From IMG/VR virus record IMGVR_UViG_3300046819_000361: a DNA stretch of 64,000 nt; one strand, given 5' to 3'. The DNA comes from a virus (lineage: Duplodnaviria; Caudoviricetes). The stretch's first letter is position 1, and each line of letters begins with the position of its first letter. The notes beneath the pieces were generated by a model, which had not been told where the DNA came from, did not search any database, and saw only the letters and a program-made list of their open reading frames with translations. Both the position numbers and the translations under genes were made by a program. Of this stretch, positions 6,772-15,517 are shown piece after piece.

Positions 6772-6800
6772 ATTATAATCTGTGTTTCTGTGTCTGTCAA
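6772..6800 (-). promoter_or_regulatory. Sigma70-type promoter of the tRNA array
   Basis: TTGACA-17-TATAAT. Confidence 0.8.
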
Positions 6801-6826
6801 CTACTTTTTTTAAGGAGTCTAAAACT

Positions 6827-6906
6827 AAAAAACCCTGAGAGTTTTCACTTTCAGGGTTCTTTGAAAAATTAACTTATAATATTAAATTATGTCTTCAAAG
6901 AACCCT
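6827..6906 (-). terminator. Intrinsic terminator with competing 13-bp antiterminator (attenuator)
   Basis: AACCCUGA/UCAGGGUU-UUUU terminator; 6894-6906 perfectly complements 6853-6865. Confidence 0.7.
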
Positions 6907-7024
6907 CACGATACTCCGGTGTGCGATCATTAATTAAACTAAATGCACACCATACAGACGCAATCGAGCCGCCTTTTAAGGTTGATTGTAGTTTAAATTG
7001 TTGATGTAATGATTGCATTTCCAT
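6887..7024 (-). CDS. Putative attenuator leader peptide (45 aa, all 20 amino acids)
   Basis: AAGGA SD; last codons form the antiterminator strand; TTGACA-17-TATAAT at 7076-7104. Confidence 0.6.
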   Translation of the reverse strand: MEMQSLHQQFKLQSTLKGGSIASVWCAFSLINDRTPEYREGSLKT

Positions 7025-7200
7025 TTGTATCAATTTTCCTTTAATTTCATCGGTTGACCCCAACTGATGAAGCGTATTATACAATTATTTAGTTTCTTTG
7101 TCAAGCACTTTTTAAAAAAGTTTTTATTTTTTTTATAATTGTATTTTTATTTAGTAAAAATTCTTATTTACTAGTCAAAATAGCTGTTTTTCAGCATATT

Positions 7201-7653
7201 TTAGTAGAGTGTTAAGAATTCTACTACATTGGTGTGAAGTTCATTATAAATTTTATCACCCCATGTTACAGCATCTTGTTCAGTAACCCTAAAATTATAG
7301 TTTTCTGGTTGAATGAACAATTTATTTGTATCATTGTATCTGCTTTTTTCAATGGTGTCAACCCATATTGTGATAGTTGGGTTAATAATTTCCCTAAATT
7401 CAGGTAATGGTGCTACCATATCTATTAGTATATAGCCATTTTCAACCTCATCAGCAAAATTTTTCATTCGTTGTGCTTGACGAAGTCTCCCATCATATGA
7501 AAAATCCCAATCATTAAATTTTTCTCTTACTTCATCGGCATTGTACCAATGAACTTGGTAATCTGCAAGTTCTAATTTCTTTTTTAGTTCATTGGCTAGG
7601 GTAGTTTTACCAGAGCCCGGTAATCCCATGATCAAAATTGTTTTTTTACTCAT
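7201..7653 (-). CDS. Adenylylsulfate-kinase-like P-loop kinase
   Basis: GLPGSGKTT, NADEVR, GRLRQA motifs. Confidence 0.8.
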   Translation of the reverse strand: MSKKTILIMGLPGSGKTTLANELKKKLELADYQVHWYNADEVREKFNDWDFSYDGRLRQAQRMKNFADEVENGYILIDMVAPLPEFREIINPTITIWVDTIEKSRYNDTNKLFIQPENYNFRVTEQDAVTWGDKIYNELHTNVVEFLTLY

Positions 7654-7752
7654 ATAATTCATCAGTTTCTGAAAAATGGCTTCAAACAAGCCTTACGAAT
7701 GTATTTAGTACCATTTGGTTGACTGTCTATTAAAAAATCAGATTTTTTTACA

Positions 7753-8331
7753 TTACAAAGATACAGGATCCAACAATACCGGTGTATCACCACGTACCAT
7801 AATGTTAGATTCTCTTAAATCTAAATCATAGACGATATTATCGCACCAATACTTCAAAAATTTGTAAATCCACGGGAATTTATTGATTGATCTCTTTTGA
7901 TGATTACTGAGTTCATGATATGATCGTCGATCAATCAAAGAATAGGCCATATCATCTATAACAACTGAAATCTTATCATATTCACCAGGTAATAACGGGT
8001 GTAGTTTCTCTAATCTCACCAGATATGTATCTGAAGTAATTTGTATTATCCCACCTTTAATTTTAGGTAGATTAGGATTGTCCTGATTGCTTAATACGTA
8101 TCTAATGAAGCACAAATAGGCATCATCACCACGAAATATCTTAAACACCCAAGAATAACCAGGATACATATATGCAGAACCATTTGAACCACTACCAAGA
8201 TGTTCAAAACCATAATGATTCATTACATCTTTCCATTGTTCGAATTGATCATCTAATTTTACATCCCTACAATCTTGCTCAAATATTTCTTTAGCTTTAA
8301 TGTATAAAGAATTTCTTTTATACCCAATCAT
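7753..8331 (-). CDS. Protein-kinase-fold protein
   Basis: LGSGSNGSAY, VFK, DLRESNIM, LLDP motifs. Confidence 0.7.
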   Translation of the reverse strand: MIGYKRNSLYIKAKEIFEQDCRDVKLDDQFEQWKDVMNHYGFEHLGSGSNGSAYMYPGYSWVFKIFRGDDAYLCFIRYVLSNQDNPNLPKIKGGIIQITSDTYLVRLEKLHPLLPGEYDKISVVIDDMAYSLIDRRSYHELSNHQKRSINKFPWIYKFLKYWCDNIVYDLDLRESNIMVRGDTPVLLDPVSL

Positions 8332-8354
8332 ATAATTCTCATGATGTATTTTAT

Positions 8355-8885
8355 AATACTAAAGGAGAACTAACGTTCTCCTGTTCTTCGCTATCGCTCA
8401 TCACATTTTTTATAATTTCTATCTTACCTATTCAACTAGATTACGATTTACTTTTGCCCCCATAAAGGGAGCAAAAAAATAATTTCAACTGAGTTGACTT
8501 CATTAGTAGAGTTACACTGGTTACAGAGGCGGTTGGCCGATACCTCGAAGTGCGTTTTTGTTTCTGTTGTCCAACGGTGGCATTAGGAAAATACTCTACC
8601 ATATTCCTAATACGTCCAGGAATTACCTGGTCATTTAGCCTTTTTATCTTTTGTTTAAACATTCGAAATTGGTTGTACGTAGGCGTATCCAATCATCATT
8701 TGCATCACAATGTGCAAGTAGTCGAATGAGTCGCTGCTTCTACTCAGCTGTTTCCCTCCATGCGAAGAACATTCCATTTCCTGGGGCACCTGTCAAACCA
8801 CCGGTGCGAGTGTATCAGAAGTGTATAGCCTGAAAAAGTGCCTGTGAAATCATATTTATCGTTGCCTAAATTTATTTGCCTAATG
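8355..8885 (-). ncRNA. Candidate large (~500 nt) structured ncRNA
   Basis: No credible ORF, at least 8 hairpins, TAGACA-17-TATAAT promoter at 8891-8919. Confidence 0.45.
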
Positions 8886-8927
8886 CAAGCATTATACACC
8901 AGCTGATCTCAAATGTCTAGTTATTTT

Positions 8928-9470
8928 TTAGAAATCTTCATCGTCATCAAAGTCTGACTCTGGGTCATCATAATACCTGTAATAACTTTCATTTTCTTTC
9001 AAAACTCTAACTTTATCTCCTAATTGAATTTGTAAAACTGTCAAATGCTCAGGTTTTAAAATCTCTGTAATGAACCATAAAGTACCACAACCGCCACCAT
9101 ATGTTCTAATGGGACCATGTTTTATTTTTGTTTGAGCTAATGCTTCGCGTAATGAATTACCATATTCTGTAATAATTCTAGAAATACCCTTTTCACGATT
9201 TTTTAATCTGGATTTATCAAACTCAGTTAGATCATCAATGATAGCGGTATTAGAATCATCAATAACCAGTAAACAATCTTTGATTTTGATGGATCCTTTT
9301 GTGTGACTGGAATCTGGTGTTTCTTTTGTACACCACCCTTTACGACAATCTACGTGATCAATATAAAATGAGTCACCTTTTGCTTTAATAATCCACATTG
9401 GGATATTAGCGTCTTCTAAATGTTTTTTATTGAAGTGGAATACCACATCATCACATGCTAATTCTATCAT
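8928..9470 (-). CDS. Hypothetical protein
   Basis: Start MIELAC with AAGGA SD; frame stays open upstream to the TAG at 9582-9584. Confidence 0.75.
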   Translation of the reverse strand: MIELACDDVVFHFNKKHLEDANIPMWIIKAKGDSFYIDHVDCRKGWCTKETPDSSHTKGSIKIKDCLLVIDDSNTAIIDDLTEFDKSRLKNREKGISRIITEYGNSLREALAQTKIKHGPIRTYGGGCGTLWFITEILKPEHLTVLQIQLGDKVRVLKENESYYRYYDDPESDFDDDEDF

Positions 9471-9497
9471 AATTTTTCCTTGAATAATTTTTGGCAT

Positions 9498-9541
9498 AAA
9501 AAAACCCAAGCCAACTTGATGGATCAAGCCGATACTTGGGT
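9498..9541 (-). terminator. Terminator within a leader (attenuator)
   Basis: ACCCAAG...CUUGGGU followed by U-run. Confidence 0.7.
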
Positions 9542-9581
9542 AAAAAAAGGAGTTTTTTAAATTGTTAAAAAGTCTTGTAAT

Positions 9582-9632
9582 CTATAACTGTTTCATAATT
9601 CTTATTATATCAAATTTTATATTGTATGTCAA
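9582..9632 (-). promoter_or_regulatory. Sigma70 promoter plus leaderless mini-ORF MKQL-amber
   Basis: TTGACA-17-TATAAT; ATG at the predicted +1. Confidence 0.55.
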
Positions 9633-9638
9633 TTACTA

Positions 9639-9850
9639 TTTATAGTAACAGTCTTGGGGTTCTAGATATTTCCTCTCAATAGGTTTCACAGCTTTTCCAT
9701 AGCTCTACCTATATTATGCACTTTTTCCTGACTGTGACAGGGAACACAGTAACTTAAGCATACTATACACAGTCTAACTGTTCTCTATGAAAACTCTCTG
9801 TTTACCCTTTGCTACGGGCGTGTTCCTTACCGTGCTGGTCTATACTATAA
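9639..9850 (-). ncRNA. Candidate ~210-nt stem-closed structured RNA
   Basis: ttatagta/tactataa closing stem, internal hairpins, non-coding. Confidence 0.4.
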
Positions 9851-9859
9851 AAATAAAAT

Positions 9860-10222
9860 TTACATCAATGATTTATATAATGAACCAGACAGTTGAAAGT
9901 TTGACTTCCAATTCCATTCATCTAACACTAATTGATTAAACGTGGTGTCATCTAACTCAATGACATCGTCGATACTTAATTCGAGCATTCTGATTGCACG
10001 AGTGTAGCTTTGTTCATATGAACTAGGAACAGATGGTAAGTTTTTAACTTTTGCAATATTGTTCAAATCGCCTGTATTGACAAGTTTTAAGTTATTTTTA
10101 GTAATGACTACCACTGCTTTTTTGAAATCTTCAACTGATTCGTTGAACTCAACAATATGTTTTTCTTTGTTTTCACGAACTACTGCGAGTAATTCTTCTC
10201 TTTTAATTTTTACTGTTTTCAT
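9860..10222 (-). CDS. Conserved phage hypothetical protein
   Basis: Start MKTVKIK; longer call overlaps the tRNA. Confidence 0.75.
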   Translation of the reverse strand: MKTVKIKREELLAVVRENKEKHIVEFNESVEDFKKAVVVITKNNLKLVNTGDLNNIAKVKNLPSVPSSYEQSYTRAIRMLELSIDDVIELDDTTFNQLVLDEWNWKSNFQLSGSLYKSLM

Positions 10223-10261
10223 AACGTTATTTTCAATGTTTCTCATATAAAATGTATTGGT

Positions 10262-10336
10262 TGGTGCACCCGATGGGATTCGAACCCATTGTCGCAAGTT
10301 TTAGAGGCTTGTGCTATACCTAGTAGCTTCGGGTGC
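10262..10336 (-). tRNA. Amber suppressor tRNA (anticodon CTA)
   Basis: Cloverleaf; CAAGC-CTCTAAA-ACTTG puts CTA at 34-36; CCA. Confidence 0.8.
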
Positions 10337-10343
10337 AAAAAAG

Positions 10344-10712
10344 TTAATCATACGAACTGGATGAGCCTGAATCACTTGAAGAACTGTAGTCATGCGAACT
10401 ATGAGAATGACTAGAGGAACTACTATGTGATGATCCATAATCATGCGAACTATATGAACTATATGAACTATGTGAGTGGTTAGCATTGTGTGAACTTGAG
10501 TCTACACTCTTTGCCGCAGCATATGAATCCCACACGTCAACTGATGCTTTGATTACGTTATCCACTGTTTCTGAATCTATATCAAGATCATGCTTTTGTG
10601 ATTTATTTCGTTTATCACTATTTGAAACATACTTCGAAGACACATTAGATTTAGTATCTACTTTCTGAATTGATTGTTTTTTAGTAAAAAAACTTTTGAT
10701 TTTTTCTAACAT
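10344..10712 (-). CDS. Hypothetical protein with Ser/His-rich tail
   Basis: ORF with AAGGA SD, low-complexity C-terminus. Confidence 0.65.
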   Translation of the reverse strand: MLEKIKSFFTKKQSIQKVDTKSNVSSKYVSNSDKRNKSQKHDLDIDSETVDNVIKASVDVWDSYAAAKSVDSSSHNANHSHSSYSSYSSHDYGSSHSSSSSHSHSSHDYSSSSDSGSSSSYD

Positions 10713-10730
10713 AATTTTCCTTATGAAAAA

Positions 10731-10750
10731 TGTGGGGAATTACCCCCACA
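10731..10750 (-). terminator. Intrinsic terminator of the ter cluster
   Basis: tgtgggg/ccccaca hairpin plus U-run. Confidence 0.6.
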
Positions 10751-10758
10751 AAAATGGA

Positions 10759-11328
10759 TTATTGATAACCGCTGACGATATCGCCTAACTCAAGACCATC
10801 GAACCCGGCTCCAATTGCCTGGAATGAGAATTGTCCATCACGTTTGAAGAATGATCCAACTTGAACGGCTGTTTCATTTTTGTAGTCAGCATCTAGATCA
10901 TAGAATGCAATTTCCTCATTGGTATCAGCATTTAAGATTTTGATACCTGCTTCAGGTACCTGACCAAAAGACTGACCACGAGATACAGCTTCATGGATGG
11001 TTACAACAATTGAAATTTCATCAACTGTTGCTGGTAACGTATTGATATCGATGAAAACCTCTTCGGTACCACCTTGACGCATATCTGGTGTTTTTGAAAC
11101 ACTTTTTTCAGGTGTCGCTTCATTGTTATAGAACACCAAATAGTCATCACCTAACAACTTCGGACCATTATCGGTTGTTTTCAAAACAAACGCTGATACA
11201 TCTAAATCATATTTTGGATTGTTATCTGGAACATTCCACCATAATACTGCCTTTACCTTTCCCATGGCAGGTTGTGATTTGGTTAGGTTGATACCTTTAT
11301 TTTCAGATTTTGCAAGATTAATTGCCAT
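10759..11328 (-). CDS. terD: TerD-family stress protein
   Basis: INLTK, DLDVSAF, VFYNN, VVTIHEA..RGQSFGQV, FQAIGAG. Confidence 0.88.
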   Translation of the reverse strand: MAINLAKSENKGINLTKSQPAMGKVKAVLWWNVPDNNPKYDLDVSAFVLKTTDNGPKLLGDDYLVFYNNEATPEKSVSKTPDMRQGGTEEVFIDINTLPATVDEISIVVTIHEAVSRGQSFGQVPEAGIKILNADTNEEIAFYDLDADYKNETAVQVGSFFKRDGQFSFQAIGAGFDGLELGDIVSGYQ

Positions 11329-11351
11329 GTTATTACCTCTTGGTAGTTTAA

Positions 11352-12359
11352 TTAAATTGATTTGTGTTTGATTGAAGAGATCAATGATGCACCAATGAAT
11401 GCAGCACCAATCAACCCTGTAATGCTTTCTGGAATTTCGTATACAGTATTTACGAACATGATGATAGCCAATCCAAATATTGCATAGAATGCACCATGCT
11501 CTAGGTAAATGAATTCATCAACAGTGCCCTTATCTACCATTAGTAATGTTAAGCTTCTTACGAATAACGCACCGATACCAAGGCCAATCATGATGATGAA
11601 AATATTGTTTGTCAATGCTAATGCACCTAATACTCCGTCGAAACTGAAGCTTGCATCTAATACTTCCAAGTAAAGAAACGATGCTAACCCGGATTTGGCT
11701 ACTGCACCTGTAACCGTGCCATCATCAGTCCCGATTACTGCTTCTAAACCATCGACAAGAATGTACGTTACTAATCCGAATACACTTGCGACCAAGAATG
11801 CTGATGCTTCTGTTTCATTATGTGTGGATCCGATGATTTTGTAAACAATATATACCAATACTAATGTAATTGCAGATTGTATTGCTTCAATTTTGCCTAA
11901 TTTAGTGAATCTTTCTTCAATTGGTTTAAGCCAATGCGTATCTTTGTCTTGATCGATGAAAAACTTTAATGCAACCATCATTAGGAATGTGCCACCGAAA
12001 CCCATGACTGAGGTATGGACTGATTCTAGCGCATGAGAATACTGTTCTGGGTCATTAACTGCTAACATGAATGATGAATATGGGTTAATTCCCAATGCAA
12101 CTGATACAATTGCTAATGGAAACACCATTCTCATACCAAATACAGCAATAGCCATACCCCAGGTAATGAAACGATGACGCCATATATCATCCATTCCTTT
12201 TAGAACTTGTGCATTCACGACGGCATTATCAAAACTCAAACTAACTTCAAGAATTGATAGAACTAACGTGATCCAGGCTGCTTCGAGCCCACCGATCAAA
12301 TATGCTAGTACGATACCGATACCAGCAATCAAAAAAGAACCTTTAAAATATTGTAACAT
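11352..12359 (-). CDS. DUF475/TerC-like integral membrane protein
   Basis: LEVSLSFDNAVVNA, YLEVLDASFSFDGV, YLEHGAFYAI. Confidence 0.88.
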   Translation of the reverse strand: MLQYFKGSFLIAGIGIVLAYLIGGLEAAWITLVLSILEVSLSFDNAVVNAQVLKGMDDIWRHRFITWGMAIAVFGMRMVFPLAIVSVALGINPYSSFMLAVNDPEQYSHALESVHTSVMGFGGTFLMMVALKFFIDQDKDTHWLKPIEERFTKLGKIEAIQSAITLVLVYIVYKIIGSTHNETEASAFLVASVFGLVTYILVDGLEAVIGTDDGTVTGAVAKSGLASFLYLEVLDASFSFDGVLGALALTNNIFIIMIGLGIGALFVRSLTLLMVDKGTVDEFIYLEHGAFYAIFGLAIIMFVNTVYEIPESITGLIGAAFIGASLISSIKHKSI

Positions 12360-12422
12360 TGGATATTACCTGTGTGTTTGTTAAAAGAAGCTTCATTCTA
12401 CCTGTAAATTCAGGTATGTCAA

Positions 12423-13103
12423 TTATTTTTTAAACTTTCCGACCCAATCAGCAAATTCTTGGCTGATAATGTCTTCATATAAGTCTTCATCACTGATACT
12501 TTCGATATCATCTATCTTCAAATAACCGGCATTTGGGTATTTTTCGCCCAAATATTCGATAAATGAGAAGTTCCCACCACCAATACCGATCAAAACCCAA
12601 TATAAATCTTTAGATTGTGATTCTACGATAACCTTTTCAGTTGCTTGTTGATCGAAATTCTCGCCATCGGTGATGAAAATAGCTAATGATGGGTCAGTTG
12701 AATTAGATTTCTTCCCAAACAACTTCCCAAATAGGCCAGTTTGTACTGGTGCGGCACTATTAACGATGTCTTTCATGACTGGTGCATACTCTGTACCACC
12801 TTCACTAATTTTTTTGACGATTTCACGGTCAACAAAGTCTTCGATGTTGCTAATATTGACTGATGGCAGCTCAAATGAATCATTATGAAATGCCCAAATG
12901 TCAATAATTTTATCTTTATCGATGTTCATACCAATTGCTAGCACTCGTTCTACCACATCTTGAACGACTTTGTTGCGATATAGGGTATTCATGGACCCAC
13001 TGCGATCAATTGCCAGTTTTACTTGGCATGGAATGTCACGGATTTGTTTTTTAGTTAGGATGATACCTACTTTTTCTGCTCTTTTAGTTAAATCAATAGC
13101 CAT
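12423..13103 (-). CDS. vWA-domain protein (Ter-associated)
   Basis: DRSGSM MIDAS, GGTEYAPVM, FITDG. Confidence 0.85.
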   Translation of the reverse strand: MAIDLTKRAEKVGIILTKKQIRDIPCQVKLAIDRSGSMNTLYRNKVVQDVVERVLAIGMNIDKDKIIDIWAFHNDSFELPSVNISNIEDFVDREIVKKISEGGTEYAPVMKDIVNSAAPVQTGLFGKLFGKKSNSTDPSLAIFITDGENFDQQATEKVIVESQSKDLYWVLIGIGGGNFSFIEYLGEKYPNAGYLKIDDIESISDEDLYEDIISQEFADWVGKFKK

Positions 13104-13132
13104 TTTTACTTATCTCGGTTGATTGTTAAAAA

Positions 13133-14272
13133 TTAATGGGTTTTTGGTCCTGCAATAGTGGTCCGTCCAGCATTAGATGAAATGGAAGCATACATGCGCT
13201 TCATTTCATCCATTCTCGATGCACTTTTAATTCTAGTTTCTTTACCAGTATTGTTTATTTGCACAATTTCTCCTAATGTACTGATTAGGTTTTGATGTAC
13301 ATGTTCTATTGTAGCATCATCTATCAATGAACGTTGGTTTAATTTTGCTGATTCAATTGAATTAGCACTAATGATGTTTGAATTGGTTTTAATTAGAGTA
13401 TTGTTTGCATCATCTACTGCTGCTGCTAATGCTGCACTTTTTCTTAATTCTTGACCATCTATATACATTCTGATTTGTCTTTTCCATAATGGAATAGTCA
13501 TAGTTTTGATATCATGGAATTTTTGGAGTAATGTTGCAGCACTATCTTCCATTTGACTAATTGAAGGTGCATTTTGAATAGCCATCATTTGAAATTTCTT
13601 CAAATAATCGATTTTCTTCTCCAATCGATCTAAATTTTTTGTACTTCTATTAACTTCTTCGGCGGCAAGGAGATCTGATGCGTTAACCCGCATTTTTTCA
13701 ATTTCTTTTGCCATTATTTGGTATGCTTCTTCTGCATCTTTGATCAAATTTTCTAATCTGTGATATTCATTCAAATTTTCACGGTATTGCACTTGCAGAC
13801 CGTTTAATTTGGCAATAATTCTGTGATTGGCTTGATCAATTTCGTCAATAATTTTGTCCATTTGTGTGGACACATCAGTGAATTCTGCTGAAAGTTGTTC
13901 ACGGACATTAATAAACTTTTCTTTGATCTTTCCAAAGAGTTTTGAAATATTTGAATCTGAATTATTGTTCGTATTCAGGTGAAATGTCTTCGCCATTGTT
14001 AGAATACTAGTTAACTGTTGTTCAACGAAGTCAACGTCAGCATCTTTGACTTCATTTAATAAAGCTTCTGATTTTTTGGCAATATCTGACATAACATCCG
14101 CCCCGTAATCGATAATCCCGGTTGGTGAATCAAATGTTGAAAGTAATTGGAGTACACGAGGATTGGATGCGCCTAAATCTGACAATTGTTTAGGTGAAAC
14201 TGGTGTAAATGACTGTTTAACTGAAACTTCAGTACCAGATGATGACACTTGAACAGGTTTAAAAGACTTCAT
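13133..14272 (-). CDS. TelA-family toxic anion resistance protein
   Basis: Long coiled coil, Q.APSI..M and TIPLWK motifs, ter context. Confidence 0.8.
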   Translation of the reverse strand: MKSFKPVQVSSSGTEVSVKQSFTPVSPKQLSDLGASNPRVLQLLSTFDSPTGIIDYGADVMSDIAKKSEALLNEVKDADVDFVEQQLTSILTMAKTFHLNTNNNSDSNISKLFGKIKEKFINVREQLSAEFTDVSTQMDKIIDEIDQANHRIIAKLNGLQVQYRENLNEYHRLENLIKDAEEAYQIMAKEIEKMRVNASDLLAAEEVNRSTKNLDRLEKKIDYLKKFQMMAIQNAPSISQMEDSAATLLQKFHDIKTMTIPLWKRQIRMYIDGQELRKSAALAAAVDDANNTLIKTNSNIISANSIESAKLNQRSLIDDATIEHVHQNLISTLGEIVQINNTGKETRIKSASRMDEMKRMYASISSNAGRTTIAGPKTH

Positions 14273-14304
14273 AATACCCTTTTGAATGTGAATGTGTAAA
14301 AAGA

Positions 14305-14326
14305 TAGTAGGGATTTCTCCCTACTA
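14305..14326 (-). terminator. Terminator after tmRNA
   Basis: TAGTAGGGA/TCCCTACTA plus U-run. Confidence 0.7.
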
Positions 14327-14846
14327 GGTATTTTTGGTTATAAGGTATTTCCTACCCCAGAATTCGCTGGTTATTAAGCAGCGATAGCATCAAAGATGCC
14401 ATCTACAGTGTAGAATTCAAATTTAGAATCGTTTGCGATTACTATGTTTATGCTGATTAGGTCAGTCATATCTCCTGTTGCCTTCTCCACTATTACACCA
14501 CGTCGAAACCAACTGTCATTCCCATCATAAAAACATAGGTACTCCCCTTTGAAGGGGCAGGGAGTTTATGGCTATGGCCCCACTCTGATACCAACCTATG
14601 TTCTTATGGTGGAAATGCCCGGGGTCGAACCGGGGTCCGCAATGCCTTTATTTTGAAGGAATAACAACAATTCTGTATATCTATACCGCACACCCTTGCG
14701 ACTTCAGCCTGTTAAGGTAGAGCTACTAAATAGAAGTCATAGAGTTCTATATGTTCGCATAGATAAGTTAAATATCTAACTATGGTTCAATAATGGCGTA
14801 CCACTCCTAATCGTTTGTACTATGTACCGGATTTAAGTTAGACTAT
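14327..14846 (-). ncRNA. ssrA: Circularly permuted (two-piece) tmRNA; tag ANDSKFEFYTVDGIFDAIAA at 14374-14436
   Basis: Acceptor piece ends GGUUCGACCCCGGGCAUUUCCACCA (14607), coding piece starts GGGAAUG (14523); G3-U70; promoter at 14853-14880; 5' boundary uncertain. Confidence 0.88.
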
Positions 14847-14883
14847 TTGCTTATTATAGCATTATATTTATATTTGTCAAGAA

Positions 14884-14955
14884 TTATTTGTTACGTTTTA
14901 CACGTGCTTTTGTTCTTGGTTGACCGGTTACTTTGTTATTTCTACTTCTAGCCAT
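14884..14955 (-). CDS. 23-aa highly basic peptide MARSRNNKVTGQPRTKARVKRNK
   Basis: GAGGT SD; own TTGACA-16-TATAAT promoter at 14987-15014. Confidence 0.55.
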   Translation of the reverse strand: MARSRNNKVTGQPRTKARVKRNK

Positions 14956-15040
14956 TTTCGGTACCTCTGTTGTTTAAGATGAGCTTATTATACATCAGCC
15001 AAACGTGATGTCAAGCATTTTTTAATAAATACTACTATTA

Positions 15041-15517
15041 ATGGAGAAGTATGTGGACATAGGTATCCCTAATTTTGATTTTTTTAGTCTGGTACAACAA
15101 GCAGGATTCCCAATAGCCCTTGCAGTAGTGTGTGGTTGGTTTATTATGCAAGCAATTCAGTTAGTTCTGAGTTCTGTAGTTAAATCAATTAAAAAAATCA
15201 TAGGTCTTATAAAATCCATGGACGGGCGAGTGAAACAGATGAATATCGATGTTTTAGACTTGGATAAACTGGTATCTAAATCACTAGAAGTCGATCCACT
15301 GCCATTAAAAGTACATCATGAAGTAGCAGCAGTTATGAATAGCCATGGTGAAAAACCGCCACCTCTACCTTCACCACCACCTCCGCCTGATGCTCCAAAA
15401 AAATCTTCAATACTTAAAAAGATTTCTGATGTGGTAGATGATGCGGTTGGAAAGGCACAAGATATTGTAGATGATGCTACTAAACTAGCAGAAAAAGTGG
15501 AGAAAATTAAAAAATGA
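15041..15517 (+). CDS. Small membrane protein (TM plus coiled coil), paralog 1
   Basis: GFPIA..GWF TM; D.RVKQMN.D..LD motif; Pro-rich linker. Confidence 0.65.
   Translation: MEKYVDIGIPNFDFFSLVQQAGFPIALAVVCGWFIMQAIQLVLSSVVKSIKKIIGLIKSMDGRVKQMNIDVLDLDKLVSKSLEVDPLPLKVHHEVAAVMNSHGEKPPPLPSPPPPPDAPKKSSILKKISDVVDDAVGKAQDIVDDATKLAEKVEKIKK

Noticed and set aside
8441-8833. ORFs 8441-8692 (-) and 8651-8833 (+)
   Set aside because: Weak starts and no motifs; region better explained as structured RNA
10262-10336. tRNA-Arg(TCT) reading of the suppressor tRNA
   Set aside because: That register destroys the anticodon stem and puts C at position 33
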